DNA of 63,661 bases, filler included, from Choristocarpus tenellus KU-1152 (taxonomy: Eukaryota > Protista > Phaeophyceae), in the NCBI GenBank assembly GCA_964200185.2. It is 10 parts of 10 records of this genome, joined end to end, with 100 filler letters (N's around TTAATTAATTAA, not from the genome) between each part and the next. Parts side by side here need not be neighbours in the genome. Positions count along the whole stretch, not along the records: positions 1 to 12,859 come from CAXNAD020001686.1; positions 12,960 to 19,231 come from CAXNAD020008515.1; positions 19,332 to 23,925 come from CAXNAD020013866.1; positions 24,026 to 31,547 come from CAXNAD020006025.1; 6 more parts are not named here. One strand, given 5' to 3'. Of this stretch, positions 12,639 through 24,782 are shown piece after piece. Position 1 is the stretch's first letter. The number at the start of each line of letters is the position of its first letter. The notes below the pieces were generated by a model. It saw only the letters and a program-made list of their open reading frames with translations, was not told the DNA's origin and did no database searches. A program made the position numbers and the translations under genes.

Positions 12639-12835
12639 GACCCAAAGTATCTGTGGGGGGGGGGGGGGGGGGGGGGGGGGGGGGCTACACCAGGGTGTCC
12701 ATTTACACCAAAGTCAGGAAAAGTGCATTTACATCATCCATCCGACGTGTGCAACCAAATAACCCAAAAATCGTGACAAAAAAAAATCTGACCCCAAATG
12801 GACAGCCGCTACCCCCCCCCCAGATACTACGAGCC
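12639..12835 (+). mobile_element. MITE family B copy (poly-G / poly-C subterminal tracts)
   Basis: GACCCAAAGTATCTG-(G)n ... (C)n-CAGATACTACGAGCC with a 4-bp target duplication TACC on both sides. The internal sequence is shared with 19021-19190, 49591-49678, 52045-52115 and 57685-57883. Confidence 0.85.
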
Positions 12836-12859
12836 TACCAGTAACCCTGACTCCCTTTG

Positions 12860-12959
12860 NNNNNNNNNNNNNNNNNNNNNNNNNNNNNNNNNNNNNNNNN
12901 NNNTTAATTAATTAANNNNNNNNNNNNNNNNNNNNNNNNNNNNNNNNNNNNNNNNNNNN
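12860..12959. other. Artificial assembly linker N44-TTAATTAATTAA-N44 (also at 19232-19331, 23926-24025, 31548-31647, 38675-38774, 41645-41744, 47134-47233, 52116-52215, 59154-59253)
   Basis: The identical 100-bp structure occurs nine times. The central 12-mer places stop codons in all six frames, a standard contig-joining spacer. Confidence 0.97.
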
Positions 12960-13037
12960 ACATGGACTCAATTCAACACAAGAATCTCATATACACAAAA
13001 TAAGGTATACTTCACTATCATTGTCCTATTTTGCACA
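12960..13037 (-). repeat. Copia 3' LTR (partial)
   Basis: Direct repeat of 16726-16803; begins TGTGCAAAATAGG on the minus strand immediately after the PPT. Confidence 0.9.
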
Positions 13038-13240
13038 CTCCCCCATGAGAGTGCAGGCAATGAAAGAGTTGCTGGAACTCTCAAACCTAAAAAATCTTGT
13101 TGTATACACTCCCCATTCTGCACACTTCCCATGAAAATGGAAGTAAAAGACGTCAGATTGGTTCAATTCTCACAAATATCACATTTTTCTTGTCAACACA
13201 CTAAAAGAACGCAGAGTACTTCAAGTTTAACACACGAGAT

Positions 13241-15244
13241 TCATCTAGTCAATACAGTGTCTACAAAGCCTTCTACCTGCTTCTTGCGTAATCTTTTGGT
13301 CAAGATGTCCGCAAGTTGGAGTGTCGTAGGTATATACTTCACTCTAAAAATTCCTTTGTTGACATATTCCCTGGTGCATTTCAGCTTGATGTCAACATGC
13401 ATTGTTCTTCCGTTAAAGCCTTCAATTACTGCTGCTTGGATCGCACCTTGGTTATCTCCATACCAAACCGTGACCCCTTTGAGTATGCCCAGCTCCCCCA
13501 GGATGCCTCTGAGGAGTATTGCATGCCTCATTCCATGCACCATCGCTGTCCATTCCGCCTCTGATGAAGATGTGGTTACAGCTCCCTGCATCTTGGATTT
13601 CCATGCAACAGGTGCTCCATTGATGAGTATCAGATACCCTTTCACGCTCCGCCTCGATGTAGTGTCATTGCCCCAGTCTGAGTCTCCATATGCAGTCCTT
13701 TCGATTTTGAATATAAATCTGGTTTTGACAGGTCTCCTCACTGGTGGCAGACTCTCTCCCTCATGGAAGGTCCCTTTGGTTCGTTGGCCCTCCATTTCTT
13801 GTTCCATTGCCTTCTTCGAGTGTTCTGCATCAGGCCCTGCGAGGGCTTCTGCGATGGTTGATGGCTCCTGGTGGCCTATTGAGATGTCACCTGCCATGCC
13901 CATCAAACAGTATGCATCATCCGTGCTTGATCTAAGTAGATTCACTATATTCTCTCCCAGTTCTTCTGTATCTCCAGAGTGTAAACTCCTGTAGTTCACC
14001 CTGGGTTGTTCAGCTATCCTAGCTGTCCTCCGTTGTTCACTAGGTGAACATATCGACTTCTTTCCAACGGCTGTTGCTTGGGGTATCGGATCGACTGCAA
14101 TATCGAAATCACGATCAGAGTCGTCTTCAGTATCGGAAATCTCTTCATTATCCGTCAAAGTCATGATCTCTCTCTCCCCCACGAAGTCCGTGATATGTTC
14201 GTCTGGCTCGAACGTCACGTGGGCTGAGGTAACCAGCTTGACCTCTTGAGGAAGCCAGATGTGCCAGCCTAGTGATGTACGATCATGTCCCATTATTTTA
14301 CCTCGCTTGGCGTATGGGTGAAACTTTGAACTGGTCCCTCTCTGCTGCTTGTCCTGGTGAACATAGCACTCGCTCCCCCAGGCCCGAAGCCTATCGTAGT
14401 TAACTGATTTTCCTGTTAGACGCTCGCATGGTGTCTCACCTCCCAGGTATTCGTGTCGCATTCCTCCAGTCTTGAAGGCGACGTCCGTGATGGCAAAGAA
14501 CCAATACTCGTCGCCCAGCCCAGCCTTTGCCAGTTTACTCGTTGCTACCCCCATGAGTTGCTTTATCACCCTTTCGGTGATTCCGTTGCTCTGTGGTGTT
14601 CTCGGTGGAGATTTCCTCCATCGGGTACCGTTGTTCGCCAGCATCATTTGGAACTTCACTGATCTCCCAACCTCGCCAGCACCATCCCCACCGATGCATT
14701 TGACTGGTATACCTTCCCTGGCCATCTGGTCGATATAAGCAGCGGTTGCATCCGTCGCTGCGTTTTTCGTTTTCAATCCATACACCCTCTTGTCTCTGCT
14801 GCTCTCGTCAACAAACACCTGAAAATATTGGTGGCCAGTGATGTCTGTTTTAAAAGGTTCGGCCAAATCTGTGTGGACAACCTCGCCGGGCTGCTTGGGG
14901 GTCCTGCCCGTTGATAGCTTAGGGCCTCGGACTTGCAATCCTTGCAGATCTTGCATTGCAGTTCTGATGCCACAGTAGCGTCGGTGATCTCTAACAGTCC
15001 ATGTTTCTCGAGATGCTTTATTGCTGATGGGTTGATGTGTCCCAATATGTTGTGCCAGTCCCTCAATGTCAGCCTCTGCTTTTGGTTGGCTCGTGCAGCA
15101 CAGGCTCTCGATTCTTGTTCCATGGTGATTATGGTTCCGGTTAAGTTTAAGAGCCCCCCCGATTTTTGTAGGTTTATCTTTGGCGAATTCTTGAAGGCTC
15201 TCAGATAACTTTCTTTGTCCCTGAATCCATAAATTCTCCTCCAT
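13241..15244 (-). pseudogene. Copia pol remnant: integrase fused in frame to RNase H, RT deleted; frameshifted N-terminus
   Basis: Integrase motifs VVHTDL, VFVDE, GDGAGE and PPRTPQSNGITER are present. PVKTRFIFKIERTA joins directly to YGDSDWGND..RRSVKGY..WKSKMQ..SSSEAEW..DNQGA..HVDIK..LADILTK. The GAG-pre-integrase motif WHNILGH..CKIC lies in another frame (ORF 14773-15297). Confidence 0.88.
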
Positions 15245-16478
15245 TCTGTCGTATGCTTCCAGTACTCAATATGCGGCATGGTAGACCTGGGACCCATAGA
15301 ACATCCTTCGGAACCACTCTTCTTGGTTTGCCGTCCTTGTCCGTAACCATTAGAACCATATCACCGGTTTCCTTTGCTTCCAATTTCCTATTGTTTCCAA
15401 AGGTGCATGTGCATTTGGTAGGCTGATTGCTTATGAGGTCTTCACAATCAGGTGTAAGATGTACGTTTGCTCCTGAGTCACACAATATCTCGACGTGTCT
15501 TCCACTGGAGGAGTTGAACACCGCACTTTTGTTAACCTCCTCGTCTGCTGTCACTTTGAAACTGGAGAAGGAGCGCGCTTGGTTTCCGTCGACTTTGTTG
15601 CTGCTCCCTCGAGTTGAAGGTGACGGAAATGTTCTGGGTGCCATCCCAGGCGGACGTGTTGCCGGTGGCTTTCCATCTAAGTATTGGTAGCAATTCTGCC
15701 ATCGATAGTTCGTCCTTAAGCAATATCCACATTGTTTTGATTTGAGGCCGCTTCCAGCTGATCCCCTGGTCTTCTGAGCATGACCGTTCTTCACATTGCC
15801 ATGCATCGCTAATATCCCAACATGAGCATCTTGACCCGAGTGAAGGTAAGTTGTCGGCGAGATGACTGCCCGTTTGAGCTCCTCATAGCTGATGTCCGGG
15901 CGCGTTATTAATTGTGCGAACACATTTGGCATCGATTCCTTGATCCCAAGTAGTATAGATGCCCTCTTGATGTTTTCGGATTTAGGCTCCTTGAGCTCCT
16001 CGAATTCTGAAAATAGTCGTTCGAGTTTGACGACAAAATCGGTGCTGTCCTGAGACACTGCGCACCGTAATTCGCGGAATTTTGCCTCCAACGTGATGAC
16101 TTTTACGGGGATTTCGTCCTCCACGCGTCCTCCGTAGATTCGTTCTAGTTCCAACCAAACTTCTCTGCCGTCTGATTGTCCTCCATTTTCGTATTTGGTT
16201 ACAATCGTGGATGCTGATCCTTTCGTTGTTTGTAGAAGGAGGAACCATAACGCCTTCTTATTCTTCGAGTATGTGGTATGTGACGTACGCACTGCCTCTC
16301 CCGAGATGGTGGAGGGTGTTTCGGGAATCTCATAGTCCCTTGTCGTTATTTCGTACAAACCCTTTCCTCCAGCAGCATAGGTGATCGGTGACAGTCTCCA
16401 GGTCTCCAATGATCTTCCTGTCGCCAAGGTCCAGACAGCAAGTTTCTTCAGGTCAGTCTCCATACTACTTAGGCTCAT
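15201..16478 (-). CDS. Copia gag-protease ORF (425 aa, ends at a frameshift)
   Basis: Gag-like DGREVWLELERIYG, a degenerate zinc knuckle CGYCLRTNYRWQNC (His replaced by Tyr), the aspartic protease motif ILCDSGANVH, and DVLWVPGLPCRILS. Confidence 0.85.
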   Translation of the reverse strand: MSLSSMETDLKKLAVWTLATGRSLETWRLSPITYAAGGKGLYEITTRDYEIPETPSTISGEAVRTSHTTYSKNKKALWFLLLQTTKGSASTIVTKYENGGQSDGREVWLELERIYGGRVEDEIPVKVITLEAKFRELRCAVSQDSTDFVVKLERLFSEFEELKEPKSENIKRASILLGIKESMPNVFAQLITRPDISYEELKRAVISPTTYLHSGQDAHVGILAMHGNVKNGHAQKTRGSAGSGLKSKQCGYCLRTNYRWQNCYQYLDGKPPATRPPGMAPRTFPSPSTRGSSNKVDGNQARSFSSFKVTADEEVNKSAVFNSSSGRHVEILCDSGANVHLTPDCEDLISNQPTKCTCTFGNNRKLEAKETGDMVLMVTDKDGKPRRVVPKDVLWVPGLPCRILSTGSIRQNGGEFMDSGTKKVI

Positions 16479-16485
16479 AATAACC

Positions 16486-16803
16486 TGTGCAAAATACCTT
16501 GGGATGTAATGCTATTTGTCAGTAGTGAAGATAAGAAGGTGTAAAGCCTCACACGACCTCTTTCGTTGAACGTGAAAAAGAATGGATGGTTGAAATTAGA
16601 AGAGTAACCTTTGTGGAGTGCCTTCTCATTCTTTGTTTATTATTATTTGTGCTTCCTATCTAAGTCAACGGTTATGTCAAAGTAGGTGAANNNNNNNNNN
16701 GATGTACTATCTCATTAGTTACATCACATGGACTCAATTCAACACAAGAATCTCATATACATAAAATAAGGTACACTTCACTATTATTGTCCTATTTTGA
16801 ACA
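16486..16803 (-). repeat. Copia 5' LTR (about 318 bp, contains a 10-N gap)
   Basis: TG...CA ends with short inverted termini; shares its 78-nt end with the 3' LTR; adjacent to the PBS and the gag ATG. Confidence 0.88.
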
Positions 16804-19020
16804 AAAACATCTTGGAATGATTTTCAGCGATTTTCATATTTTTCATAATTTGCGACCAAATTTCTTTGCCCCAATCGACGCATTGGAGATCTCAGCTTTA
16901 ATTTGATATACTGATCACCGATCAGGACGCCTTACATCACCTCGAAATTAATCAAGGCAGGTCTTATCCTAGAGGAAACTCCCAACACCATAGGAGTGTA
17001 GGCATGATGGCAGCAAAGGATTTTATAAATATTTTTATTAATTGTACTTCATATCATCTTTTTGTGGTAGTAGAGGTGAAAATTGTTCCTAGTTCTTGTT
17101 TTAACACTTTTTTTGTTTCCCAGATAATCTAGCCGTTACCGTCGAAATATGGTCGATATGTGCGCAGTCTCTCTACATTGTAAAGAGCTAAATCCTAGGT
17201 CGATCTACACTCTTGTGAAGGGCTTCAGTAATGTCTCTCGGAAAATGTTCACCTACAAAACTAGATGATTGCGGGTGAGGTTGTTGGATAGTTCAAATCA
17301 CAATCTTCTGTGCATGTGGACAGTGTCTGGTTTCATCTGGCTGTCATGCCAGACTTGAGTCCTCTAAATAGCTCCCCATTTGCCTTTGTGAATCCAAACG
17401 AGTCAGGCTCTCCCCCAAAAGATGACACCTCACTCGGTAGGAAATCTGGATGATGAAAGTCTCGTTTAGGCTCCCACGACCGTGAGGAGTGGCGGCGAAT
17501 CTAGTGAGAATTACAACCTATTGCTCACCTGCAGTATAAGCAATGAGGACTGTAAACAAGCGCTGCATGACGTTCGGGATCACTCAAGAAACCAAATCGT
17601 CAATGGTGGAAGGATGGAGGGTCTTGCCTTGGACCTGATACGTTACCTTGTCTTCCCAAATCACTCATAACAGACCCCAACGATAGAGTAATATTACTTG
17701 GAATTAATTATCTCGCTGTTCGGCACAGGTCAATGGGAATGACTTCCGCCATTCAACACCACAACCACTTTGGGAGAACATTGTCCAGCATGGAAATGCT
17801 CCGCTATAGATGTGTGTGTGTATGTAACCCCGGTCACCGCCAGAGTCCTGCACTTACCTCACACACACATGATCTCCAATTTCCCCACGCGTTCTTACCT
17901 CGTGGTTGCTTTGCTCTTTTGTACTCCTTCTCTTCTCCAATCCACAAATGCATTTCACTCTCCTTTCACCCTGACTCTGCCCTACAAGCCCAATCCAACC
18001 ACTGCTATTTTCTCATCATCGTAGAGTCACCTCTGCCATATGAAATCATGAGGAGACTGAAATGAACGACCACTCCAATTATTCTTCAAAACCAATGGTT
18101 TGGTATGATTAAACGGACTGACCCTCTTGAGTATTCTTGCCCGCCTTCTTTCCGAACGTTCTATCTCTCTTTCTCTCTCTCTTTTCTTATGTTATCTTTC
18201 TGACCATAAGTCCTTACCGATTAACTGTCAATATATGATATGAAACTAACAACCATAGCCAATATGAGGGTTCGGGACCTGGAGAAGGCTCAGCTCACCA
18301 CATTCGAAGAGCCTCATGGGCAGAAGAGGGTCTTGGAGGCAGGCAGCCAAAAGCAGTGTGGACACCTGAGATAGACAGATGTGGAATGGCAGGTTTCACT
18401 GCATGAAAAAAAAACGAATTATCGTTCAGAGTGGACGGGGTGGAGCTTGACTGAATTATTCCCTGACTTTTCATGTGCTACACATTGGTTGTTCATCATA
18501 AGCTGTAGGGAAGTAGCACTGAACACTGCAGGGTGGTGCTCACCCTGGATATATTGGTTTGACTACTAACAAGGGGGAGATCTGCACAGTATCCCGCAAT
18601 AGCCGGCTCAGGACATAGAAAAAATGGCAGACAGAGACAGAATCAGCCCGCCCATATGGATGAGAGGGTGAGAAGGTTAGAGGGGTGTGGTGGAGAGAGG
18701 CGCAGGATGGTGAGAGGGTGGTCACGTAGATTGGAACAACTCCCACCTTGTCTTGGAGGCAAGGGTATGGAGGATTGTGGCAACATGGGTACTCTTTCTC
18801 TTTGGTCAATTCTTTCCTTCCCCTCCCCATTTTATTTCCCCACAATCGCTGTTGCATATAGCATGTACATATAAGACACACCACCAAACATTACTTACCT
18901 CTGAGTGGAAGGTTTATCCAGTTGAAGTGGCCAACTAAAACATGATTTCCGACCTTCTGCTATAACAACTATCACTTGTCTAGTATCCCACACCATTCCT
19001 GACTTCCGTGGGAAACGGAA

Positions 19021-19231
19021 GACCCAAAGTATCTGGGGGGCGAAGGATGGTCTACACCAGGGTAACCATTTGACCCCAAACTAGGAAACGTTCACTTACA
19101 TTATCCATCCGACATATGCAACCAAATCACACAAAAAATCACGACATGAAAAAATTGAACCCAACTAGACACCCCCCCCCCCCCCCCCCCCCACGTCTCT
19201 GCCACGAATTGTCCACCCCCCCCCCCCGACC
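19021..19231 (+). mobile_element. MITE family B copy, right end degenerate or truncated at the linker
   Basis: GACCCAAAGTATCTGGGGGG..CTACACCAGGG..CACTTACATTATCCATCCGAC..poly-C, aligning with 12639-12835. Confidence 0.8.
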
Positions 19232-19835
19232 NNNNNNNNNNNNNNNNNNNNNNNNNNNNNNNNNNNNNNNNNNNNTTAATTAATTAANNNNNNNNNNNNN
19301 NNNNNNNNNNNNNNNNNNNNNNNNNNNNNNNTTGTAAACCTTTGTCTCCTCCGTGTTCCCCCCCCCCCCCCCCCCCCCCTCCCGCGCACTTCAAAGGACT
19401 CTCAACCAATGGTACGCTGTTGTACGCCGCTTTACTTCAGACTGGAAATAGCATCAAACTTCAGGAGAGCACCATCCACCGAGAAAACGAAAATCGCATT
19501 TTTGGTCATTGACGGTACGGTATGTCAAAACACGTCAAAACACGTCAAAACACGTCAAAAACGCTTATCCTGTTTCACAGCGAGTACGCCAATCAAAAGC
19601 ACTTCGCAGAAACAATCAAACATAACAAAAATAAGACGCCTATATCTTCTGTTCCCTCCCTAACCCTTCCACACGCGATGTGCCGCACTGAAAGCAGGCC
19701 CGTTCCCCGAACGATCTCGGCGTTGCTCACACCCTACAGTTCATGCTCATAAGTGCTCGACGACACTTGCCAAATGCAGCAGCGTCTACAGAGCTGCACC
19801 ACAGCCGTCTCCTCCCCTCAACACACATACCATAC

Positions 19836-21586
19836 CTTGAGTAGGGTGGCCATTTGTCGTCGTATAGCTTTAGCGCACACATCACAGGCACCAAGGTAGA
19901 ATCGTGGCCTTCCTCGGCAAGGATCGAGAAGAAGGGAAGCAATGAATAACAGAGAACACACAACACACAACAGATAACACACAACACATAACACACAGCA
20001 CATAACACAACAATGGGCAAGCAAACAGTAGGCACCAAAACATGCGGGCAAGCTTAGGGTCAAACATGTCACTAGCAACAAAGATGCACCGGAAAAGATA
20101 TTCCAGAGCAGGCGGTAAGAGTGTAGGCTGGTTCGATGGGTTAGGGTTAGGGATACGGCAAGGGGAAGGTGGTGTTAATTGTGGAACAGGCTATACTTGT
20201 AGTTGTACTCTGCATAGGGGCAAGGGTGGGAGGTGGGGGGTTGGTCTGGACCTCTCGTCATATATATACTTTGATAATTCAGACCCTGAAGTGTCAATGA
20301 CAACCCGAGTCAATCCTTGGTACTACTACTACACATCTGACCCCTAACCCTAACAAAGGGAATCGTCCATGGTTTGATAAACACCAGATACTACTCTCCA
20401 CACTCCTTCTACAACAGATGCTCAAATCTCCTTCTATTACTGTAGACAAGATAAAAGTACAGATACTATTGAAAGATCAGCCAGTTCAAGGTATGTATGT
20501 ATGTATGTATGTATGTATGTATGTATGTATGTATGTATGTATGTATGTATGCAACACTTTGTTTTGCAGCAACAATCAATGATCAAAAATGAAAACCTGG
20601 CTAGGATCCTCTTCCTACTACTGAACATTCACACACAAGCTCATGCACTTTTTATTACTTCAATTCTCCAATTCCAACCAACCCTAACCCTCAACCTAAG
20701 ACAGAAAAAAGAACTCTAACCCTAACCCTGAGCAGACCCACAGTAGCATTAAAAAAAAAAAATCTACAGATTTTTTTCCCTCCAATTCAAACCCTCTCCT
20801 CAATTGGACCACAAATATCTTCACTACACCACTACACCAGTACACACACAGAGCATTCATTAGCTTCCCCCCTCGAGTGAGATCCCTCACGTAACGACAA
20901 TTAACTTACTGAAAATTAGCTAACCGGCGAGATACTTCTTTGAAAGATCCCGACTCTCTCCCTCTACAAATCCCTTGCCTATGCCTTCACAAACACAATA
21001 ATACTCTTACACATATACTCTATACTCTTACACACACACACACACACAGATATATATATATATATATATATTGATATTGACATTGGCCATGCTCCTGAAG
21101 GCAATGTCTGGTATAAAAAGAAACACCCTGCGGCAATGCCTTCACCTGAGAAAATGGCAAGTTTGGGCCTCGTCTTGAGCCCTGCTTCCGCCACTCCTTC
21201 GTCGTCGCCCCTGATCCCCATTACAGACAAAATCTGCTCAACACGCCAAAACCATGTCAAGAACATTTTTGTGTGTGTGTGTGTGTGTGTGTTGTATCGG
21301 GCTAGAGTTAGGGCTAGGGCTAGGGCTAGGGTTAGAAAAAATCATGTGGGACAGGTCCACGCACGGGGATCTTGAGGGTAAGACCAAAATAAACAGCAAT
21401 GAATGCAACCGAAAGAGGCTCTACACACGCACACACATATACACGTCCCCCTCCGTTCCAAGACAGTTCCAAGAAAGTTCCATACGAGGTTGTCGGAATG
21501 ATGTGACATCTCATGACATGACATCTCAAGCCCTACAAAGAGGTGAAAACAATAGTCTGGAGGTTGCTGGATAAAATGACTGTGTA

Positions 21587-21633
<47 letters not shown>

Positions 21634-23346
21634 TGGTGGGGGGGGGGGGATCGCACACAAAAATTCTGCAGTACCATGCTTCAAAGAAGTATTATTCTGT
21701 CTTTGAAAGACAAGTACGGTGGGCGCCTCTTCTGTCCTAAACAAGAGCATTGGAATACTCCTTGAAGGTTATTTTATTTATTTATTTATTTCAGTTTCTC
21801 ACCCCTAACCCTTTATTCCATACTCTCTCCCAAACAACCACGTTGCACACAGAGAGGGATCAAAGCAAGGTATCAAAACAAGGGATCAACACAAGGGATC
21901 AAAACAAGGGGGAGTTGAAATATACTTCCGAGAGGAAGGTCCCAATGGTTAGCTGGGACATCTCCGCATCATTGAACCAACACCCCCACATCCAGCTTGC
22001 ATATGCTACCACATCATTCGGGAGTCCAGCTTCAATCGCCTGTCAGAACAAACCACAGAGAAGGAGGGGGGGAGGAAGCCCAGAGCAGGACAACAGTTCT
22101 TATTGAGCAACATGGGGATGAAGGGTGGGGGGTGCGGGGTGGGGGATGGGGAAGGATTCAGGAAGAGAGAGAGAGAGAGATGTGGGGCAAGGGCAAACAG
22201 AGATGTCTAAAAGCATCTCACGAACACATCCCTACTACGTGCGTTTCAAAATAAAATACTTGAGTTAGGGTTAGGGTTAAAATACGTACTTGAAAGAGAG
22301 ACACGAAAAAGTCTCTCCAAGCTCTATGGGGGGACTGGCGGAGCTCACTCACTCACTCACTCGTAAACAAGAACACACTAGTAAGTGCGCGCCCCCCCCC
22401 CCCCAAGAAAAGTGATCTTCACACGCGCCGCAACAACTGTTCTATAAACGCCTGCCATAACATATCCGTCAGCTCTAACCAAAGTGGTCAGTTCCACTCC
22501 CTATCCTTGTAAGCACATCCTTCGCCGACAGTGACTATCTATCAAAGTAGTGCCGACAGTCTAGGTCTGATTTACTTCGGCACCTGAACCAACTCCCCCC
22601 CCCCCCCGGAGAAAAGCGGGCTTTTCACCAGGTCAACGATTTCTGGGGTCCAGGCTGTGGCAGTGGTGGGACAAGCCAGTCAACCGTCAGGAGAGAGATC
22701 CTACCCGGTGAAAGGTATATATATATATATATATATTGGACTGATCCTTAAATTGACCAAAAATACGGATGGGTAAACTGGGGAGCAGCTGTTGGATATT
22801 GAACATTAAAAAAATATCATTGGTTCACATAATACAAAAAAAGGTGTTTCCAGGTTTCTGATTGGGGTGATCCTAGTCAGAGATATGAAGCAGGGATGGC
22901 TCGCAGACCAGCCCTGTTGAAAAAACCCTAATACTTTTGATGGATCTGGACCAGTCCTGTGACACAAAAGACAATTTGAAAAGTCCAGCAAGAAACACCT
23001 TGATGAAAATTCTCAATAATAGATACTATATGATACTGCAGATAGAACATATAGGGGGCACATAGAAACAAAAAAACCCAACCGATCGAATCATGTATGA
23101 TTGTATATTTACAGTACATTTACACAGACACCTACCCCCCCCCCAAACAGCAAGAGATCACTACGAGCTAGGACTCGTTAGGGTATAGCTGTGCTACATG
23201 GGACCAAACAGACTAGCTAGCTCACACTCCCCTCACATTACCTTTCCCCCCCTCACCTCAGGTGGGATTGGTACCCCATGGGCCTCAAAACAGCTCAGAA
23301 CTTCTCTTGCTGTGCTCCAGTTCATACGACCCTCTAGCCCCAGAAG
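19836..23346 (-). CDS. Histidine acid phosphatase (His_Phos_2, ACP6/lysosomal acid phosphatase-like), four internal exons of a partial gene
   Basis: Exons 23257-23346, 21926-22039, 21146-21233 and 19836-19908 splice in phase (0, 0, 1) to LLGLEGRMNWSTAREVLSCFEAHGVPIPPEAIEAGLPNDVVAYASWMWGCWFNDAEMSQLTIGTFLSEILSVMG..PKLAIFSGHDSTLVPVMCALKLYDDKWPPYS. KLxxFSGHDST..WPPY is the proton-donor motif region. The N-terminal RHG exon was not found in this block. Confidence 0.85.
20492..20551. repeat. (ATGT)n microsatellite
   Basis: About 15 perfect tetranucleotide units, directly visible. Confidence 0.95.
21301..21335. repeat. Short telomere-like (TTAGGG/CTAGGG)n tract; similar tracts at about 20341, 20680-20730, 22265, 23760-23785, 58335 and 58550-58660
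   Basis: Tracts of 2-5 hexamer units, directly visible, in both orientations. Confidence 0.75.
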
Positions 23347-24025
23347 CTATTTGGGAGGGGTGGGGGGGACACAACGAGAGCAGAGCACATTTGGGTCGAA
23401 TCACATCAGCACAGGGGGAGGGAAAAAAAGAAAAAAGTATGAGGAATAAAGTAAAAAAGGACTGTTGGGAATAAAAAAAACTCTTTAGGTTGTCAGAATG
23501 ATTTGGTCACGTATACCATGTAGTATCCATAATACCATCCATAATACTATCCATAGTATCCAAAGTAGTACCCATATAGTATCCATGTACAATCCTCTAG
23601 AGCTCTCTGCCTGTTTTTGTGGGGTAGCAATAACATCCCCTGAAGTTTTAGCAAGGACTATTGCAATGTCTTCCTAGAAATAAAATTTTATTTTTATTTT
23701 TCCTTTCAATCTCTCTCTTCCTCCCTCCCCCCTCCGTGTCATGTCTTCCGAGGTAACTCCTAACCCTAGCCCTAACCCTAACCCAACTATACTCAGACAT
23801 CTCCACAGAGGAAACGCGCGATATCAACAGGGGGGGGGGGGGGGGGGGGGGGAGGGGTTGTTTTTTTTTTTTTACCATAAACCACAGTGTATAAAAAATT
23901 TTTTTTTTTTTTTTTTTTTTTCTCGNNNNNNNNNNNNNNNNNNNNNNNNNNNNNNNNNNNNNNNNNNNNTTAATTAATTAANNNNNNNNNNNNNNNNNNN
24001 NNNNNNNNNNNNNNNNNNNNNNNNN

Positions 24026-24108
24026 AATGTCAGCAAAAAAACTAGTTGTTTGACCGAAACGGACGCCCCCTCACAAACCACCCCCCCCCTCCCCAGATAC
24101 TTTGTCCC
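24026..24108 (-). mobile_element. MITE family C end (AAAGTATCTGGGG terminus)
   Basis: The reverse complement GGGACAAAGTATCTGGGG..GAGGGGGCGTCCGTTTCGGTCAAAC aligns with 47234-47290. Confidence 0.7.
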
Positions 24109-24782
24109 AATCAATCAATCAATCAATTAATGATGGTTACCCTAGTAGTTCAAGTTATTTCCTTCATGGAATTTCCGAGTTACTCATGTTAGCGGTTGTT
24201 ACTTTCGCATGGACAATATTTCCGACTCGTCAAATATACTCACACTCCACATTTTTCATACTACCCACTACGATAAACTCCGCATTTAAACTATCTGTTG
24301 CACAACTACTAGCTCCAATGCTTCCATTCCTGCGTTGCTTCTCGCTCATTGAGATTGTACCCCCTATACAGTAGATCTCTTTCGGTGATGTCTTGTTTGT
24401 TTATGAGAATCTAAAGTGTACATGGGAACGCAGTGCGAATTGTAGACCTTGTAGTACTATCATACGTATCAGTTCCAACCTTTTGCTACAAGAACACGGG
24501 AAATCCAGCAACAAGAAGCCAAGATTTCGTTCTGAGCGATGCTGAGGTGGGCCGAGGACAGTATTCAAGGGAGGAGCCAAAACGCCGAGTGATAGTATGG
24601 GTAAACCCAATGAGCAAGAAGCAAGACACAAACCAAGGCTGTGTAATTTGTTGACGTAAAACAACCAACAGTTGGTCGGGTAGTGTGTGAAGTAGTGTAT
24701 GTATGCAGCGTGTAGTGCCTCTGACGAGAACAGACCAGGAGAGTCCCAACTAAATGTGAACATACACAGATGGTATTCAACC

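Larger units (their letters stand above)
12960..16803 (-). mobile_element. Ty1/Copia LTR retrotransposon lacking the reverse transcriptase domain
   Basis: 5' LTR 16486-16803 (TG..CA, with terminal inverted TGTGCAAAATA/TATTTTGAACA); 3' LTR 12960-13037, truncated by the linker, with 4 mismatches in 78 nt against the 5' LTR. PBS-like GGTTATTATGAGCC follows the 5' LTR and a PPT ATGGGGGAG precedes the 3' LTR. Domain order is gag-PR-GAG_pre-integrase-IN-RNase H. Confidence 0.93.

Noticed and set aside
13131-13994. 287-aa plus-strand ORF, and similar antisense ORFs over Copia and ABA4 (for example 8636-9298)
   Set aside because: These are shadow ORFs on the opposite strand of recognised coding sequence, with no independent motifs.
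17200-18940. Cluster of short minus-strand AG...GT segments, including VNIFRETLLKPFTRV*, as the 3' end of the phosphatase
   Set aside because: It lies in a different assembly block, and I could not build a phase-consistent chain with recognisable motifs.
22583-22653. Exon-like segment WTPEIVDLVKSPLFSGGGGELVQ on the minus strand within the phosphatase gene
   Set aside because: Its start phase is incompatible with the upstream exon, and the flanking exons join directly into a sensible sequence.
19727-23977. ORFs rich in CV/HT/YVCM/LGLG/PN runs
   Set aside because: These are translations of microsatellites and telomere-like tracts; only the short embedded phosphatase exons are supported.
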